DNA of 64,000 bases from a virus (lineage: Duplodnaviria; Heunggongvirae; Uroviricota; Caudoviricetes). The position numbers were made by a program, and so were the translations under genes. Shown here piece after piece: positions 34,098 through 43,870 of the stretch (its first letter is position 1; each line of letters starts with the position of its first letter). The notes under the pieces were generated by a model. The model was not told the DNA's origin and searched no databases. It saw only the letters and a program-made list of their open reading frames with translations. The stretch lies in IMG/VR virus record IMGVR_UViG_3300032665_000003. One strand, given 5' to 3'.

Positions 34098-34268
34098 CTA
34101 TTGATGAAGGTTGGCAATTGCTGTGCAGCACCCAATGCCCATACAGAGCGAGAAGATAATAGCAGCCATACCTAGTCTATTCCAAAAAAGAATTGTTGGA
34201 TTCTTACTTTCGGTAGTAGAACCATCAAAATCCATAGTCTTGTGCTCACAGTCACATTCGTCACACAT
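34098..34268 (-). CDS. possible small Cys-rich membrane protein (56 aa)
   Basis: Manual translation MCDECDCEHKTMDFDGSTTESKNPTILFWNRLGMAAIIFSLCMGIGCCTAIANLHQ. Confidence 0.25.
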   Translation of the reverse strand: MCDECDCEHKTMDFDGSTTESKNPTILFWNRLGMAAIIFSLCMGIGCCTAIANLHQ

Positions 34269-34371
34269 GTTAAATCTCCGTTACATTAGTGTGCGGTGAA
34301 ATACTAAGGATACCATCAGATGGAGTCCAAAATAAATTATACCAAGGATTCCGACTCCAAATGCAAATCGA

Positions 34372-34785
34372 TCAACGTTCAGCATTAGCCAATTCCTCAC
34401 ACGTACCATACTTAACGCCCATTTTGTAGTCCAAAAATTCCCAATCATAGTAACTGAAACCCTGGTTGTCACTGTAGCAACCGTTGGCGTCAGCGAGGTA
34501 ACGCATCATATCCAACTGAGTAGCATGAGGGAAATAGGTACGAAGAAGTTCGATATCCTTGTTGAGTCGGGCTACCGCTGCTAGCTTAGCCTTGCGATCC
34601 TGCTCCATTTGGTTTTCCAAATCAATTACTAGAGCGTCCCAGCTGTTTCGGAAATCATTGAGATTTGCAAATTGAGCAAGTTCGGCGCGCGGGCGGAATC
34701 CGTTAACGTCCTTAAACAGATCCGAATACACGGAACCTTCCCGAGTTTCAGGAAACATGTTGTCGATGTCAGATAGAGTAAGCAC
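34372..34785 (-). CDS. hypothetical protein (137 aa)
   Basis: ORF track. Confidence 0.4.
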   Translation of the reverse strand: MLTLSDIDNMFPETREGSVYSDLFKDVNGFRPRAELAQFANLNDFRNSWDALVIDLENQMEQDRKAKLAAVARLNKDIELLRTYFPHATQLDMMRYLADANGCYSDNQGFSYYDWEFLDYKMGVKYGTCEELANAER

Positions 34786-34866
34786 GTCGATATCTCCTCA
34801 ATTGATTATTTCTTACAATAAACTCACGAAAAGATTATGTCAACCGTAAAATTACCAAACGATATT

Positions 34867-35073
34867 TTAGTTGGAAATTTCCTTGTGGGATTTTATAGCT
34901 GACATAGCATGATCCAATCCGGAAAGTATATCAAGCAGCACCATTTTTTCAGCTTGGTTAGGTGCATTGCGCCAAATAACAGTTACCTCTTCGTGTATCT
35001 TTTTAAGTTTCTTTTCAGAATCTTTAATTCGAGCAGATCGAGATTTAGTACGTGATCGAGGTTTAACAACCAT
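34867..35073 (-). CDS. small basic hypothetical protein
   Basis: ORF track. Confidence 0.35.
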   Translation of the reverse strand: MVVKPRSRTKSRSARIKDSEKKLKKIHEEVTVIWRNAPNQAEKMVLLDILSGLDHAMSAIKSHKEISN

Positions 35074-35345
35074 TATCGAACCTCACCGGTCTTAAACCAG
35101 GTAAGCACGTCTTCCTTCTTCTTGCTGTAATACGTGACACCGGTGCATCCAGAAGACATAGTTCTGTTGTGCAGAGAAGTCTTGAACAGAGTACCCTTCC
35201 ATGCGGGACCGCCGGCAGACTTCCATCGGGCACGGTCGAACTTAAGTTCGCCTACGATTTCTCCGTCATTTTTAATGACGAACGTATGAAAGCGTTCGTT
35301 GGGGAGGTCATGAAACCCGTTCTTGACCTTAGCGAGTGTCCACAT
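35073..35345 (-). CDS. hypothetical protein (90 aa)
   Basis: ORF track. Confidence 0.35.
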   Translation of the reverse strand: MWTLAKVKNGFHDLPNERFHTFVIKNDGEIVGELKFDRARWKSAGGPAWKGTLFKTSLHNRTMSSGCTGVTYYSKKKEDVLTWFKTGEVR

Positions 35346-35402
35346 GATTGTACTCCGTTGTTATACGTAAATAACAAACATGAACTATGATGTCAAACTA
35401 TT

Positions 35403-38330
35403 TTATTTGACCCAACAATCACAGTTACAAGCAGTAACCTGCGCAATTGCATCGGGTATAGAAGGAGTGGCCGGAAGCAACGTAGTACTAGTGTAATTTG
35501 GATCTAAATTCGGTGGCAAATTATTAGGGTCATATGCGGGCGCCGGAGCGATGATGACTATTTCGCTGCTCGGCGGAGTAACGACTGGGCCAGCAGGAAC
35601 GACAGTGCCGGCAACCGGATTTGGATTACAATTTAGAATCTGAGTAATATCGCCGGGTGCTGATCCTGAAATCTGTTGAAACCCTTCTGAAGACGTATAA
35701 ATCCCTGCAGGTTTAGGCGTTATGGTATTACCAGTGTCGTCTATATTAGAAGGCCATGCAGGGAACGTATATTCAGTACCGCAACTTGGAATACCATTAA
35801 CTGCATTCGATGTTGTTCCGTTTGTAGTGAGCGCAATTTGATTTGGAAGAACATCTGCAATACTATTATCCAAATCAATACCAACTTGCTGCAAGCGGGC
35901 TTGATTTCTTTCTTGGCGCAGTAGCGCTACTAGGCTTTGACCACCGACCGTAGACAAGTCCGAAATTGCTTCTAATGTCTGTGCTGCCATATGAGGGCGA
36001 GTGTCTAGTGCCATCTGAGGTAGCGAATCTACAAAGGACGATTGTGTGCTAGGATATGCGTTTAAGAAAAAGTCTTTAGGGACCGATACAGGAGGTGCAT
36101 AAGTGTATCGAGTTCGCTGTTCTCTTGCTAGTTGGGTTCCTAAAATGTTCCAGTACGCATTCAGGTGTTGTGCAGCATCTGGTTTGTTTACTAAGATAGA
36201 AGCTATTTCCGCATTAGCCTGATCGATATATCCCTGAACTACCGCATTCATTGGATTCGGCCAACCAGTTGTTCCGGCTGGTGTATTAGTTCCACCCGAT
36301 GTACTAGTAGGTGGGCATTCGATTGTTACGGTAGGAATAGACGTGGAGTCCGGACCGGATGATGTTAGTGTTACTGATGTTACTCTCCCGTACCCTGTAT
36401 TAACGTGATCTACTGACTGTGCAAACTCACCGGTTTCGACAGTGGCTACTGCGGTTCCGCCGTTAGACAGTGTTATTGTAGGCACAGGTGCATCACCGCG
36501 AATATATCCACCACCTGGATGAGTGAGCGTTACTCCGGTAACATGATAGTATGTAGTGAGTGGGCCCGGAGGACCAACAGTATATGTAGTATATTGAACT
36601 GTTACTATAGCCGGATCCCATGTAACAGCTAAAAATAATCCGCGATATATTGCAGCCAAGTTATCAGTTTGTGCTTCTTGAATTCGCTGTTCTATGAGTT
36701 GCCATGGGTAAGGGAGGCCCGACATGCATCCAAAAAAGTCTGAAAGCGTGAGCGATCCACTAGGGCCGCTGCCTAGCGCCTGAACACTAGTCGCAAAATC
36801 TATCTGCGTCTGATCCGTAGGTTTACTGGTGCCATTGACTAAATTTAGATTAGATGTATTTTCAATACCCTTAACTACTTTAGCGAATTTTTGTATGTCA
36901 ACATTTTGAATGTTTCTAATTTGTCTCATCGTATATGAGAATGCGCCTGCGGCTAATGCCTGATCGTATGGAATAATGTCCTGCAGGTATGAGGCGAATC
37001 CTTTAGGAAGCTCCGTATAATTTTCAGGATTAGATGCTTTATCAAAAATAGGAGGCTTACCACTAGGAATGATTGTTCCTACATATTCTTGTAGAGCAGG
37101 AGTGTCTAGTGCATCATTGACGCCGCCATTTTGATAAATGAGGTAGTAAGTTTTGCTGTTGGTTGTTCCTGCGATAGCATTATAGATTGGAACAGTTAAT
37201 GCTGAATAGCTGATAGGGAACAACATCTTTAGATTTAGTAGATCCGCTAAGGAGTTTAGTCCTTGTGTCACGCATTGTAGAGGTGCCAAAACATGGGCTA
37301 AATTTTCACCTGTTATGATTAAAAATGCACCATAGATTTTCTGTTCTAGTGCCTTAGATACATTTGGTGTTACTCCACCCGTAATGTCAGATATTTCCTT
37401 AGTGGTTAATCCTGCAGCCAAAAGAGCCAAAGACAAATCTTGCGTGACTGCTGAATTTTTACCTATTGTTCTGAGTAGGTTGGATGGTAAACCAAACGTC
37501 TCGATCTGTTTTAGGTCTATAGCCTTTCCTAAATTTTCTAGATCAGTACCAAAATCCTTAGTGGAAAGATTTACACCAGATATATCAGCACTCATGAGGT
37601 CATCCATGTTGCTGTATGTTCCGTCTAAGAAGGTATTTGAGTTTACAACCGTACTGATCGTTTGATTTGAAGTACCGGCTGCTGAAACTGCACTAGAAAA
37701 TGATGCACAAAATTCTTTATATTCCGGAGTAGTTGTGTTTACAGTAGTACCATTACAGTTAAATTCATTCCATGCCTGCAATGCATGAAGTCTAATATAT
37801 CCCCATTGCGTGATCGAATTGTTAGGATTAGTTGTATTATAAGGGTACCATGTTGCATTTTGTTGTTGATCTACAACACCATACCCCTCAAGCGGATCTC
37901 CTATTGAATTACTATAGTTACCATAACCAGATGTAGCAGGGCCAGGAAGAACTGCACTTCCTGTGGTCTGTAAACCGTATGCTTGTGCAGCATTAGTCCA
38001 CACACCAGCAGGATCCGTTACAGTATATGTAGGTGGCATCGAGTTGCCTAGAGCAGGAATAGTGTCAGCACCAATAGATATAAGATTGTTATATGTTGTC
38101 GTAGTTAACGTTGTTCCCGGAAACCAACCGCGAACATATCCGTCATTTATTGCCCACGTGAGTAGATGCAGTACTGTATTATTCAGTATACTACCAAATG
38201 CGTATCCGGCATTAGTCCTACTGATTCCCATATAAGATTGTGCTACTGGATTGATGACGAAGCCGGCGTTAGCTAGCAGCGATCCCAGTACATTAACACC
38301 TAAGGGACTTTGTTTTCCTGAATCAGCCAT
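35403..38330 (-). CDS. large N/T/S-rich virion structural protein (baseplate- or fibre-associated), directly downstream of the PAAR gene
   Basis: 975 aa, low complexity rich in T/N/S/G/Y, in the same operon as PAAR. Confidence 0.5.
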   Translation of the reverse strand: MADSGKQSPLGVNVLGSLLANAGFVINPVAQSYMGISRTNAGYAFGSILNNTVLHLLTWAINDGYVRGWFPGTTLTTTTYNNLISIGADTIPALGNSMPPTYTVTDPAGVWTNAAQAYGLQTTGSAVLPGPATSGYGNYSNSIGDPLEGYGVVDQQQNATWYPYNTTNPNNSITQWGYIRLHALQAWNEFNCNGTTVNTTTPEYKEFCASFSSAVSAAGTSNQTISTVVNSNTFLDGTYSNMDDLMSADISGVNLSTKDFGTDLENLGKAIDLKQIETFGLPSNLLRTIGKNSAVTQDLSLALLAAGLTTKEISDITGGVTPNVSKALEQKIYGAFLIITGENLAHVLAPLQCVTQGLNSLADLLNLKMLFPISYSALTVPIYNAIAGTTNSKTYYLIYQNGGVNDALDTPALQEYVGTIIPSGKPPIFDKASNPENYTELPKGFASYLQDIIPYDQALAAGAFSYTMRQIRNIQNVDIQKFAKVVKGIENTSNLNLVNGTSKPTDQTQIDFATSVQALGSGPSGSLTLSDFFGCMSGLPYPWQLIEQRIQEAQTDNLAAIYRGLFLAVTWDPAIVTVQYTTYTVGPPGPLTTYYHVTGVTLTHPGGGYIRGDAPVPTITLSNGGTAVATVETGEFAQSVDHVNTGYGRVTSVTLTSSGPDSTSIPTVTIECPPTSTSGGTNTPAGTTGWPNPMNAVVQGYIDQANAEIASILVNKPDAAQHLNAYWNILGTQLAREQRTRYTYAPPVSVPKDFFLNAYPSTQSSFVDSLPQMALDTRPHMAAQTLEAISDLSTVGGQSLVALLRQERNQARLQQVGIDLDNSIADVLPNQIALTTNGTTSNAVNGIPSCGTEYTFPAWPSNIDDTGNTITPKPAGIYTSSEGFQQISGSAPGDITQILNCNPNPVAGTVVPAGPVVTPPSSEIVIIAPAPAYDPNNLPPNLDPNYTSTTLLPATPSIPDAIAQVTACNCDCWVK

Positions 38331-38338
38331 TTTTTATC

Positions 38339-38608
38339 CTAAGGCACAAACACGTCAGGACTACCCTGATTGACTTTGTGACCACATGTAGTCCCAGAAC
38401 CTACACGAAGGACCGCGACACCATCAGCAAATACGCTAGGACTACCTTCAGTAGTCTTAGAGGCATTATGCTTACCTCCGCCAGGGTGAGGAGTGATGTC
38501 GCTGACATGCAAACCAACAGCAATTCCGTTCGCAAACACGGTACTGGCCCCGCGAACTATCTTACCATTAGCTTCCGTCGTATCGTTTTTTCTGGATAGC
38601 TTTGCCAT
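38339..38608 (-). CDS. PAAR-repeat spike-tip protein (T4 gp5.4-like)
   Basis: Two PAAR-like repeats, STVFANGIAVGLHVSDI and SPSVFADGVAVLRVGSGTTCGH. Confidence 0.65.
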   Translation of the reverse strand: MAKLSRKNDTTEANGKIVRGASTVFANGIAVGLHVSDITPHPGGGKHNASKTTEGSPSVFADGVAVLRVGSGTTCGHKVNQGSPDVFVP

Positions 38609-38907
38609 TAGCCCGTGATAAACTTCTTTTTAGGTACTACTAGACCAGTCGTTGCTTCCACATACTTTTCAGTAATAGTGGCATCAGTCTTGCATACTAG
38701 TGAGTAGCTGCTATTATTTAGTCTAGGATCAGACTTCGTATCTGAAGTAAACATGGATTGAATGAGTCCCATACCTTGCGGACCAGGTGCGACTGATACC
38801 GGATTGTGAATGATCAATTCATCACCGTCCATACCCAAATACGTTGCGATCATTTCTTCGCCGCTGTGCATCTTGAACGAGTACACTTCGTTTTCTTCAA
38901 ACTTCAT
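38608..38907 (-). CDS. hypothetical protein (99 aa)
   Basis: ORF track. Confidence 0.4.
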   Translation of the reverse strand: MKFEENEVYSFKMHSGEEMIATYLGMDGDELIIHNPVSVAPGPQGMGLIQSMFTSDTKSDPRLNNSSYSLVCKTDATITEKYVEATTGLVVPKKKFITG

Positions 38908-38908
38908 A

Positions 38909-39142
38909 TTACACTGACTCCGCTAAAAACTTAGCTTGTAGCTCGCGGAAGCCGCCGACATACGCTCCGTCTAAAAAGATTTGCGGAACAGTGCGAGCGT
39001 TTGGAATTGCCTCAAGCAAATCTTCTATTGCGTATCCTGACCCGATCTTACGTTCTTCATATTCGATTCCCTTAGAATCCAATAGAGCCTTTGCTTGCAC
39101 ACAGTAGGTGCAATTTTCCTTTGACCAAATTAATGCCTTCAT
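38909..39142 (-). CDS. glutaredoxin / NrdH-like redoxin
   Basis: CTYC active site in a thioredoxin-fold-length protein (77 aa), adjacent to nrdB. Confidence 0.7.
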   Translation of the reverse strand: MKALIWSKENCTYCVQAKALLDSKGIEYEERKIGSGYAIEDLLEAIPNARTVPQIFLDGAYVGGFRELQAKFLAESV

Positions 39143-39151
39143 TTCTTCTCC

Positions 39152-40252
39152 TTAAATATTGGGTAGTTCATCGTAATTTAGGTCATGTGACATGATTCCG
39201 ACTACGTAATTAGTACTTTCTGACTCTTGCAGCGCCGTTTGTTTCTTACTAGTATCCATGTGTTTGTTGAACCATGGAATAGGAGTGGACTTTGGAGCCG
39301 GATTCCAATACTTAATACCAATCTGCTTCAATGCATCTACAGCATTGTAATCCACAAAATCTATCATGATTCGTTCGTTAAGACCTATAACCGGGCCCTT
39401 CTTGAACAGATATCCGGCCCATTCCTTTTCTTCACGTATAACATCTTCATAAATCTTACGGACTTCTGCTTCGCATTCATTTTTTGCTCGCAAAAATCGA
39501 GGATCTTCTTTGATCACTTGGTTAATCATCCAGGCAGTCCACTCTTTGTGCAGTAACTCATCTTGTAAAATAAGACTGATGATGTTGCCATTACCCATAA
39601 AGATTTTGTTTTCTACCATCGCAAGTGACGTAGCAAATGAAACCATAAATCGAAAAGCCTCAAGTGCATAAGATGCATGTAGCGCTAGCCAAATAGCATT
39701 AATGTGTTCTTCCTCAGAAACATCAATACCGCATTCTTTCTTACAATTTAATAGATGTAAACGATCATAGTATTCACCTACACTTGCAGCCATATCGATG
39801 ATTTCTCTAGTATCGTGAACGGTGTTGAAAACTTCCTTAGGGACGTTATAGATGTTACGAATAATGTGTGAATACGCCCGAGAATGAATATTTGTTTCAA
39901 AAAAGGACCAATTGGACATGATTGCTTCTAGTTCCGGAATAGAACATGCTGGCGTAAACACCTGCGCAGGTGCTCGGCCTTGTATACTATCTAAGGCTGT
40001 CTGTCTCAATAGGTTACTAGTAAACATATGTGCTACTGTCTCGCTAGCATCTTTCATGTCATTGGCATCTTTAGTCAAACTGATTTCTTCTGAAATCCAA
40101 AAGAAGCCGCGGGCAGTTTGCTCTATTTTTGCTAGCTTATTATATTTTACTTCCTCAAATCGTTGGATGGTTACGGGACCTGCTGGATCCAGGAACATCT
40201 TGCGATGCAGGTAGTCTGTCTTGGTATTGAGATTGTATTGCGCTTTACTCAT
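39152..40252 (-). CDS. nrdB: ribonucleotide reductase small subunit (class I NrdB)
   Basis: Length and context; conserved iron-ligand-like E..H and ferritin-like helices (EEEHINAIWLALHASYALEAFRF). Start trimmed to MSKAQYN. Confidence 0.7.
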   Translation of the reverse strand: MSKAQYNLNTKTDYLHRKMFLDPAGPVTIQRFEEVKYNKLAKIEQTARGFFWISEEISLTKDANDMKDASETVAHMFTSNLLRQTALDSIQGRAPAQVFTPACSIPELEAIMSNWSFFETNIHSRAYSHIIRNIYNVPKEVFNTVHDTREIIDMAASVGEYYDRLHLLNCKKECGIDVSEEEHINAIWLALHASYALEAFRFMVSFATSLAMVENKIFMGNGNIISLILQDELLHKEWTAWMINQVIKEDPRFLRAKNECEAEVRKIYEDVIREEKEWAGYLFKKGPVIGLNERIMIDFVDYNAVDALKQIGIKYWNPAPKSTPIPWFNKHMDTSKKQTALQESESTNYVVGIMSHDLNYDELPNI

Positions 40253-40253
40253 A

Positions 40254-40838
40254 TTATTTTTTAGATCCAATGTTAGCCGGAGCATTACCACCAACCGGAT
40301 ATGTCACACCTTCTGCGGCCTGGGTAAATCCAATCTGGCCAGGTTTAACATGATCGTTAGTCCAAGGACTTTCCATGATAGGTCCATAACACGAAGCCAA
40401 CTTTACTCCATTGACTTTTTGTGCTTGGATCTCGCATGGAAAACTCCACATATTGCTCATACCGGTTGTAGGCGTTGTGCCAATAATGAAGCTTCTAAAT
40501 TGTGCAGGTGCCACCGCCCAAGTGGGTTGTTGTGGATAACTGGTCTGGGCTGGAATGCCAAACAAACTCCAAATTTTACCTGGACCAGGAGCATCACATG
40601 ACCCATTCATCAGGTTTAGGTTGGCCGCAGCATCACCGTGAAGTATTGGACATGCTGCCATGCCTTCTTTGAATGTTTTGCCATTGACCTTCATGGTTTT
40701 ACCTGTTGGCGTAGTTGGACTTGCGGCACATAGAGCATAGTCAATATTTTTACAGACATGCAGTGGCTCAGCTAAAACTGCGCCGGCGCCGACGGCGAAT
40801 AATACTAATGCTGTTGCTACGATATTTTTAAATTTCAT
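40254..40838 (-). CDS. secreted hypothetical protein (signal peptide MKFKNIVATALVLFAVGAGAVLA)
   Basis: ORF track; start trimmed. Confidence 0.45.
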   Translation of the reverse strand: MKFKNIVATALVLFAVGAGAVLAEPLHVCKNIDYALCAASPTTPTGKTMKVNGKTFKEGMAACPILHGDAAANLNLMNGSCDAPGPGKIWSLFGIPAQTSYPQQPTWAVAPAQFRSFIIGTTPTTGMSNMWSFPCEIQAQKVNGVKLASCYGPIMESPWTNDHVKPGQIGFTQAAEGVTYPVGGNAPANIGSKK

Positions 40839-40892
40839 TTTTTTTCCTTTAGTTCTTTCCATTCTAAATCTTCTATAGGAACCCAACCGTTC

Positions 40893-41126
40893 CTAAAGTT
40901 TGTCTTTCATCTTTGCGTGATACTTCTTCATTGCTTCGCTATGTTGTTCGCACCACTCTTTTGTCCCACTACGGCCGCTCATTGCTTTGCTTTGATTCTT
41001 TTTATGCTCTTCTGTTTTATTAATACCTTTAGTAGTCTTCTTTACGTACGGAGCAATGCTTTCGCTGTAGGTGTATTTAATCTGCTTTCCTTTACAACTC
41101 GGTATCTTGTGTTGGAATCCAACCAC
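40893..41126 (-). CDS. small basic hypothetical protein
   Basis: ORF track. Confidence 0.25.
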   Translation of the reverse strand: MVGFQHKIPSCKGKQIKYTYSESIAPYVKKTTKGINKTEEHKKNQSKAMSGRSGTKEWCEQHSEAMKKYHAKMKDKL

Positions 41127-41760
41127 TTCTAAAATATTTTACCATATTCATATACGGTCCTATAACTTTGCTTTCATTAATATAACTCTTATCGTTCACT
41201 AATGTATATAACTTACAGTACGAGGGTTTATTGTTTTCTACCCAAACATTGTAAATCGTTTCTGCTTGTTTCCAAACAGATTTAGAATAATCTGTTGCTC
41301 TTGGATGATTCCAGGGCTTAACACCAGAACATGGATTTTTTTCACCCGTCATTCGGGTAGACATTGATTTTAATGTGTCGTCCGAAAAGTTGACTTTATT
41401 TTTATAGCCTGTCATACCCTTGTTCCATGGTCCGTTTAGTTTTGCCGGGTTATTAGGACCGCGCATATATTCGGAATATTGTCTCTTTAACCAGCCATAT
41501 GACTTGTTGTTTCTCTGTTGTTCACTATTTGATGATAGCATAAACATAGCGGCCTTTACCAGTCGTATATTGTTAGGATACAGTTTAACTAATAACAGAT
41601 GACACAAATAATGTTCTTCAGGAGTCAATGATACTAAGTTAGATGCGTCATCGGTTCCACCAAGACATTTAGGAACAATATGATGCTTCTCGCTATATCC
41701 TTCTAGTATTCTACTCTGTCCTCTACTTACTAATGTATTGTATATTTTTTCATAGTTCAT
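41092..41760 (-). CDS. HNH homing endonuclease with a NUMOD-like C-terminus
   Basis: EKHHIVPKCLGGTDDASNLVSLTPEEHYLCH. Confidence 0.65.
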   Translation of the reverse strand: MNYEKIYNTLVSRGQSRILEGYSEKHHIVPKCLGGTDDASNLVSLTPEEHYLCHLLLVKLYPNNIRLVKAAMFMLSSNSEQQRNNKSYGWLKRQYSEYMRGPNNPAKLNGPWNKGMTGYKNKVNFSDDTLKSMSTRMTGEKNPCSGVKPWNHPRATDYSKSVWKQAETIYNVWVENNKPSYCKLYTLVNDKSYINESKVIGPYMNMVKYFRSGWIPTQDTEL

Positions 41761-41816
41761 GTAAATCTCCTGTAAACTTATTTATCATAGTTTACAGAAA
41801 ACTTATAGTTTACATG

Positions 41817-42905
41817 CTATAACTTACAACTCTCGCAGGAATCTTCATCTTCAAAAAAGTCTATAGGCATAAGAGGTGCATCGTCGGCTTCTTCTTTAGA
41901 ACCTTGTTTACACACGAGGCTATAATAAAGCGTCTTGAGACCGAACTTATGTGCTAGCATCAAATTTTTAGCAATTAGCGTAGTTGGTATCTTGCGATCA
42001 GGGAAATGTGCTGGATTATAGAACGTATCAGTTGAAATTGATTGATCCATGTATGCAGCAAGAACAGCAGAGGTCTTAAGATACTCGACGCAATCAACCT
42101 GATCCCACATCAACTGATAATTCTTTCTGACCTTAATATTATGATATTCTGGGACAACTTGCACGAAGGATCCCGCTTTTGATTCCTTAACAGAAATCAA
42201 ACTCATTGGTAGTGCAATACCATTAGTTGAATTAATGGCAACAGATGAAGATTCAACCGGAGCAATGGCACCAACTGTGCTGTTTCGCACACCATACTCT
42301 TTCATTTCAAATCGTAGTGATTCCCAATCAAGCTCAGGATTAAAGTCTGCTAGCTCGTTTACACCATTGGCTCTAAGTTCCCAGGGAAAGATTCCTTGAC
42401 CATAGCGGGTCTTGTCAGAGTCAATGCACTTTCCACGCTCTTTTGCCAATTCTACATTTGCTTCCATGAGGTAGTAAGTCTGGTGTTCTGCCCAACTCTT
42501 TACGTCCTGTAGTGCATCTGAGTCTCCGTACTTATATCCGCGCTTAGCGTGCCAGTATGCGAGATTAGTTACACCGATACCGATTGGACGAATCTCGTCA
42601 TTCGATAACTTAGACTGAATAGAAAGGAAGTCTTGATAATCCAAAATGTTATTCAGACTTCTTAGTAGAATACGACATGCTCGGCGCATATCTTCTGGGT
42701 TACGGAACGCACCCCAATTAATACTCCCTAAGGTACACAGCGCAATTCGGCCGGCCTCATCATCTAGTCTCTTGAATGACTTTGTAGGTAGTAGGATCTC
42801 GCAGTTATGAACTAATATGTTATTAGCAAAGAAACATTCTGTTTCAGGCACAGATAAGTCATATACATCGGTTGGTTCTACTTTAATTTTTTTAATTTTA
42901 ATCAT
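41817..42905 (-). CDS. nrdA: ribonucleotide reductase large subunit NrdA, C-terminal piece: C-intein (34 aa, ends ...ILVHN) followed by the C-extein starting CEILLPT
   Basis: MIKIKKIKVEPTDVYDLSVPETECFFANNILVHN | CEILLPTKSF. Joining the halves gives SNLC|CEILLPT, which matches the class I catalytic motif SNLCxEIxLPT. Confidence 0.8.
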   Translation of the reverse strand: MIKIKKIKVEPTDVYDLSVPETECFFANNILVHNCEILLPTKSFKRLDDEAGRIALCTLGSINWGAFRNPEDMRRACRILLRSLNNILDYQDFLSIQSKLSNDEIRPIGIGVTNLAYWHAKRGYKYGDSDALQDVKSWAEHQTYYLMEANVELAKERGKCIDSDKTRYGQGIFPWELRANGVNELADFNPELDWESLRFEMKEYGVRNSTVGAIAPVESSSVAINSTNGIALPMSLISVKESKAGSFVQVVPEYHNIKVRKNYQLMWDQVDCVEYLKTSAVLAAYMDQSISTDTFYNPAHFPDRKIPTTLIAKNLMLAHKFGLKTLYYSLVCKQGSKEEADDAPLMPIDFFEDEDSCESCKL

Positions 42906-43837
42906 ATTTTTATTCTTCCTAATACATAATTTGGATTATGTTTACAAAATTCTTCTTCGTCTGTGACTCTTACATTTTGTACGCCGTTGTTGTACCATCG
43001 ATGTTTTTTTGAGTGTTCTGCTGCAACCCGTCGTTGCTCTGCGCTTCTATGATATGGATTATATTTGATGTTTAGATTCAAGTTCTTATTCGTTTCGTTT
43101 ATTAGATTTTCTAAAGATCCAAACTTTTTGCCTATCCACGCCAATGAAATTTTCTTAAACTCTACAAATTCTTTTTTCATATTATCCTGCAATAAGTGTA
43201 ACTTCAAGTAACCCTCTTGACAAGATTCAGACACACATTTCCACATTCTTTCTCTTCGATCCTGAGTTAATTCCTTAAAGTTAGTATTTTTAGAACCAGA
43301 CATATCTCTTGCAGACTTTCCAGGAACGCCTTTACTATGATGAACCCATTCCCCTGATAAAACTTTAGGGTGATCTACGGAGACTGATCCTATTTTTTCT
43401 CTAGTCACAGCATCGACAACAGGCATCTTTCCTTTTCTTGCCTTACTAATACATTCATTGCCTAGTAGTCTTAAGTGTTCCATTTCTTTAAGAAACTTTT
43501 CATCAACATCTGACAAATTAATTTGTCGTTTGTGGTTGCCTGTCGCTTTTACAAAAAAGAATTGCAGGGCAGAACCAGCAGAGTATTCATAACGAGTTCC
43601 TTTATAAATCTCATACAAGTAGTAATGAGCCATTAAGTGTTCGGAAAAAGTCAATAGAATTAAATTCTCCGCGCTATCTGGATTACCGTCTAGATGCCCG
43701 TTTGGTCCTGTTCTCTTTCTGTTCTTGTACAAGAAATCAGGAACGATATGGTGTCGTTCATAATATGTTCCTTGATTTCTCATTCTGTTTTCTTTTCTTG
43801 CGTTGTCAATTATAGTCTTATAAAGTTCTTTATACAT
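42902..43837 (-). CDS. free-standing HNH homing endonuclease sitting between the N- and C-intein halves of nrdA
   Basis: YYERHHIVPDFLY...NLILLTFSEHLMAH; overlaps the downstream ORF by ATGA. Confidence 0.7.
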   Translation of the reverse strand: MYKELYKTIIDNARKENRMRNQGTYYERHHIVPDFLYKNRKRTGPNGHLDGNPDSAENLILLTFSEHLMAHYYLYEIYKGTRYEYSAGSALQFFFVKATGNHKRQINLSDVDEKFLKEMEHLRLLGNECISKARKGKMPVVDAVTREKIGSVSVDHPKVLSGEWVHHSKGVPGKSARDMSGSKNTNFKELTQDRRERMWKCVSESCQEGYLKLHLLQDNMKKEFVEFKKISLAWIGKKFGSLENLINETNKNLNLNIKYNPYHRSAEQRRVAAEHSKKHRWYNNGVQNVRVTDEEEFCKHNPNYVLGRIKI

Positions 43838-43870
43838 ATGAATTTCTCCATATGTATTTATGTTCGGGAA